Source of the DNA: a virus
Reading direction: 5' to 3' (one strand)
DNA: 32,143 nucleotides
Virus record (IMG/VR): IMGVR_UViG_3300017713_000040
Under the pieces are notes generated by a model that saw nothing but the letters and a program-made list of their open reading frames with translations, did no database searches and had not been told where the DNA came from. A program made the position numbers and the translations under genes. Below, piece by piece: positions 31,910-32,143 of this stretch (position 1 is its first letter; each line of letters starts with the position of its first letter).

Positions 31910-31938
31910 TTGACAACCGTTTGGTAATAGTGTATAGG
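31910..31938 (+). promoter_or_regulatory. Weak promoter candidate: TTGACA-N17-TATAGG
   Basis: TTGACA lies at 31910-31915. The -10 at 31933-31938 lacks the final T. Confidence 0.3.
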
Positions 31939-32009
31939 CCGTCCCCTGAAATGGTAAACTAGGGTGGGCCTAGTAGCATTGTAAAAATATCTACCAAACC
32001 GGGGGTCAA

Positions 32010-32037
32010 TTGACAGGAACCAGATCCGTGCTATAAT
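32010..32037 (+). promoter_or_regulatory. Sigma70-type early promoter: TTGACA-N16-(TGc)TATAAT
   Basis: TTGACA lies at 32010-32015 and TATAAT at 32032-32037 (= 12-17), preceded by an extended -10 TG. The ATG of the first ORF follows 6 nt after the -10. Confidence 0.75.
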
Positions 32038-32143
32038 TGTGGTATGAAAACATTTAAAAAAACACAGACCATGTTAGATAGGGTAGACCCGGTCAGGATC
32101 CGGAATCACATCGTGTTCCTTGATGGCCAGATCAAGGCCTATA
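32021..32143. repeat. End duplication copy 2, identical to 1-123
   Basis: Exact repeat of the window start. It includes the TATAAT and the first 100 nt of ORF 24-266. Confidence 0.9.

Overview
This window is a complete, circularly closed genome of a small siphovirus-like tailed phage. The unit length is 32,020 bp, and bases 1-123 recur exactly at 32021-32143. All credible genes are on the + strand.

Layout:
(i) A 414-bp ORF-free control region (31607-32020) carries tandem sigma70-type promoters that feed short early ORFans (24-1421).
(ii) An ~8-kb block of fibre or receptor-binding-like genes (1477-9573) has shuffled N- and C-terminal modules.
(iii) A tightly packed morphogenesis operon follows, with many TAATG/ATGA junctions. 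In order it encodes small and large terminase, portal, an AdoMet-decarboxylase-like gene, small basic proteins, scaffold, and major capsid with a strong terminator. Then come a GT42/Cst-II-like moron, connectors, tail tube, a chaperone with a possible -1 frameshift, and the tape measure. It ends with lambda M/L-like tip proteins, two tandem GNAT genes where lambda K/I would sit, an I-J-fusion-like central fibre, and two more tail or fibre-like genes.
(iv) A second early/accessory region (26428-31606) holds individually promoted genes. These are a weakly HicA-like basic protein, a promoter-driven ORF-free ~340-nt transcript, a leaderless Cys-rich protein, a 294-nt chain of stem-loops, an orphan beta-class DPPY DNA methyltransferase, a third GNAT and ORFans.

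I could not recognise any replication, recombination, integration, repressor or lysis gene.

The most interesting signals are:
- the two ORF-free structured-RNA candidates;
- the leaderless promoter family;
- the GNAT pair inside the tail-tip module;
- the AdoMetDC-like gene with a Thr-Ser processing site;
- the glycosyltransferase-like moron behind the capsid gene.

All homology statements come from reading motifs by eye and need HMM or structure confirmation.
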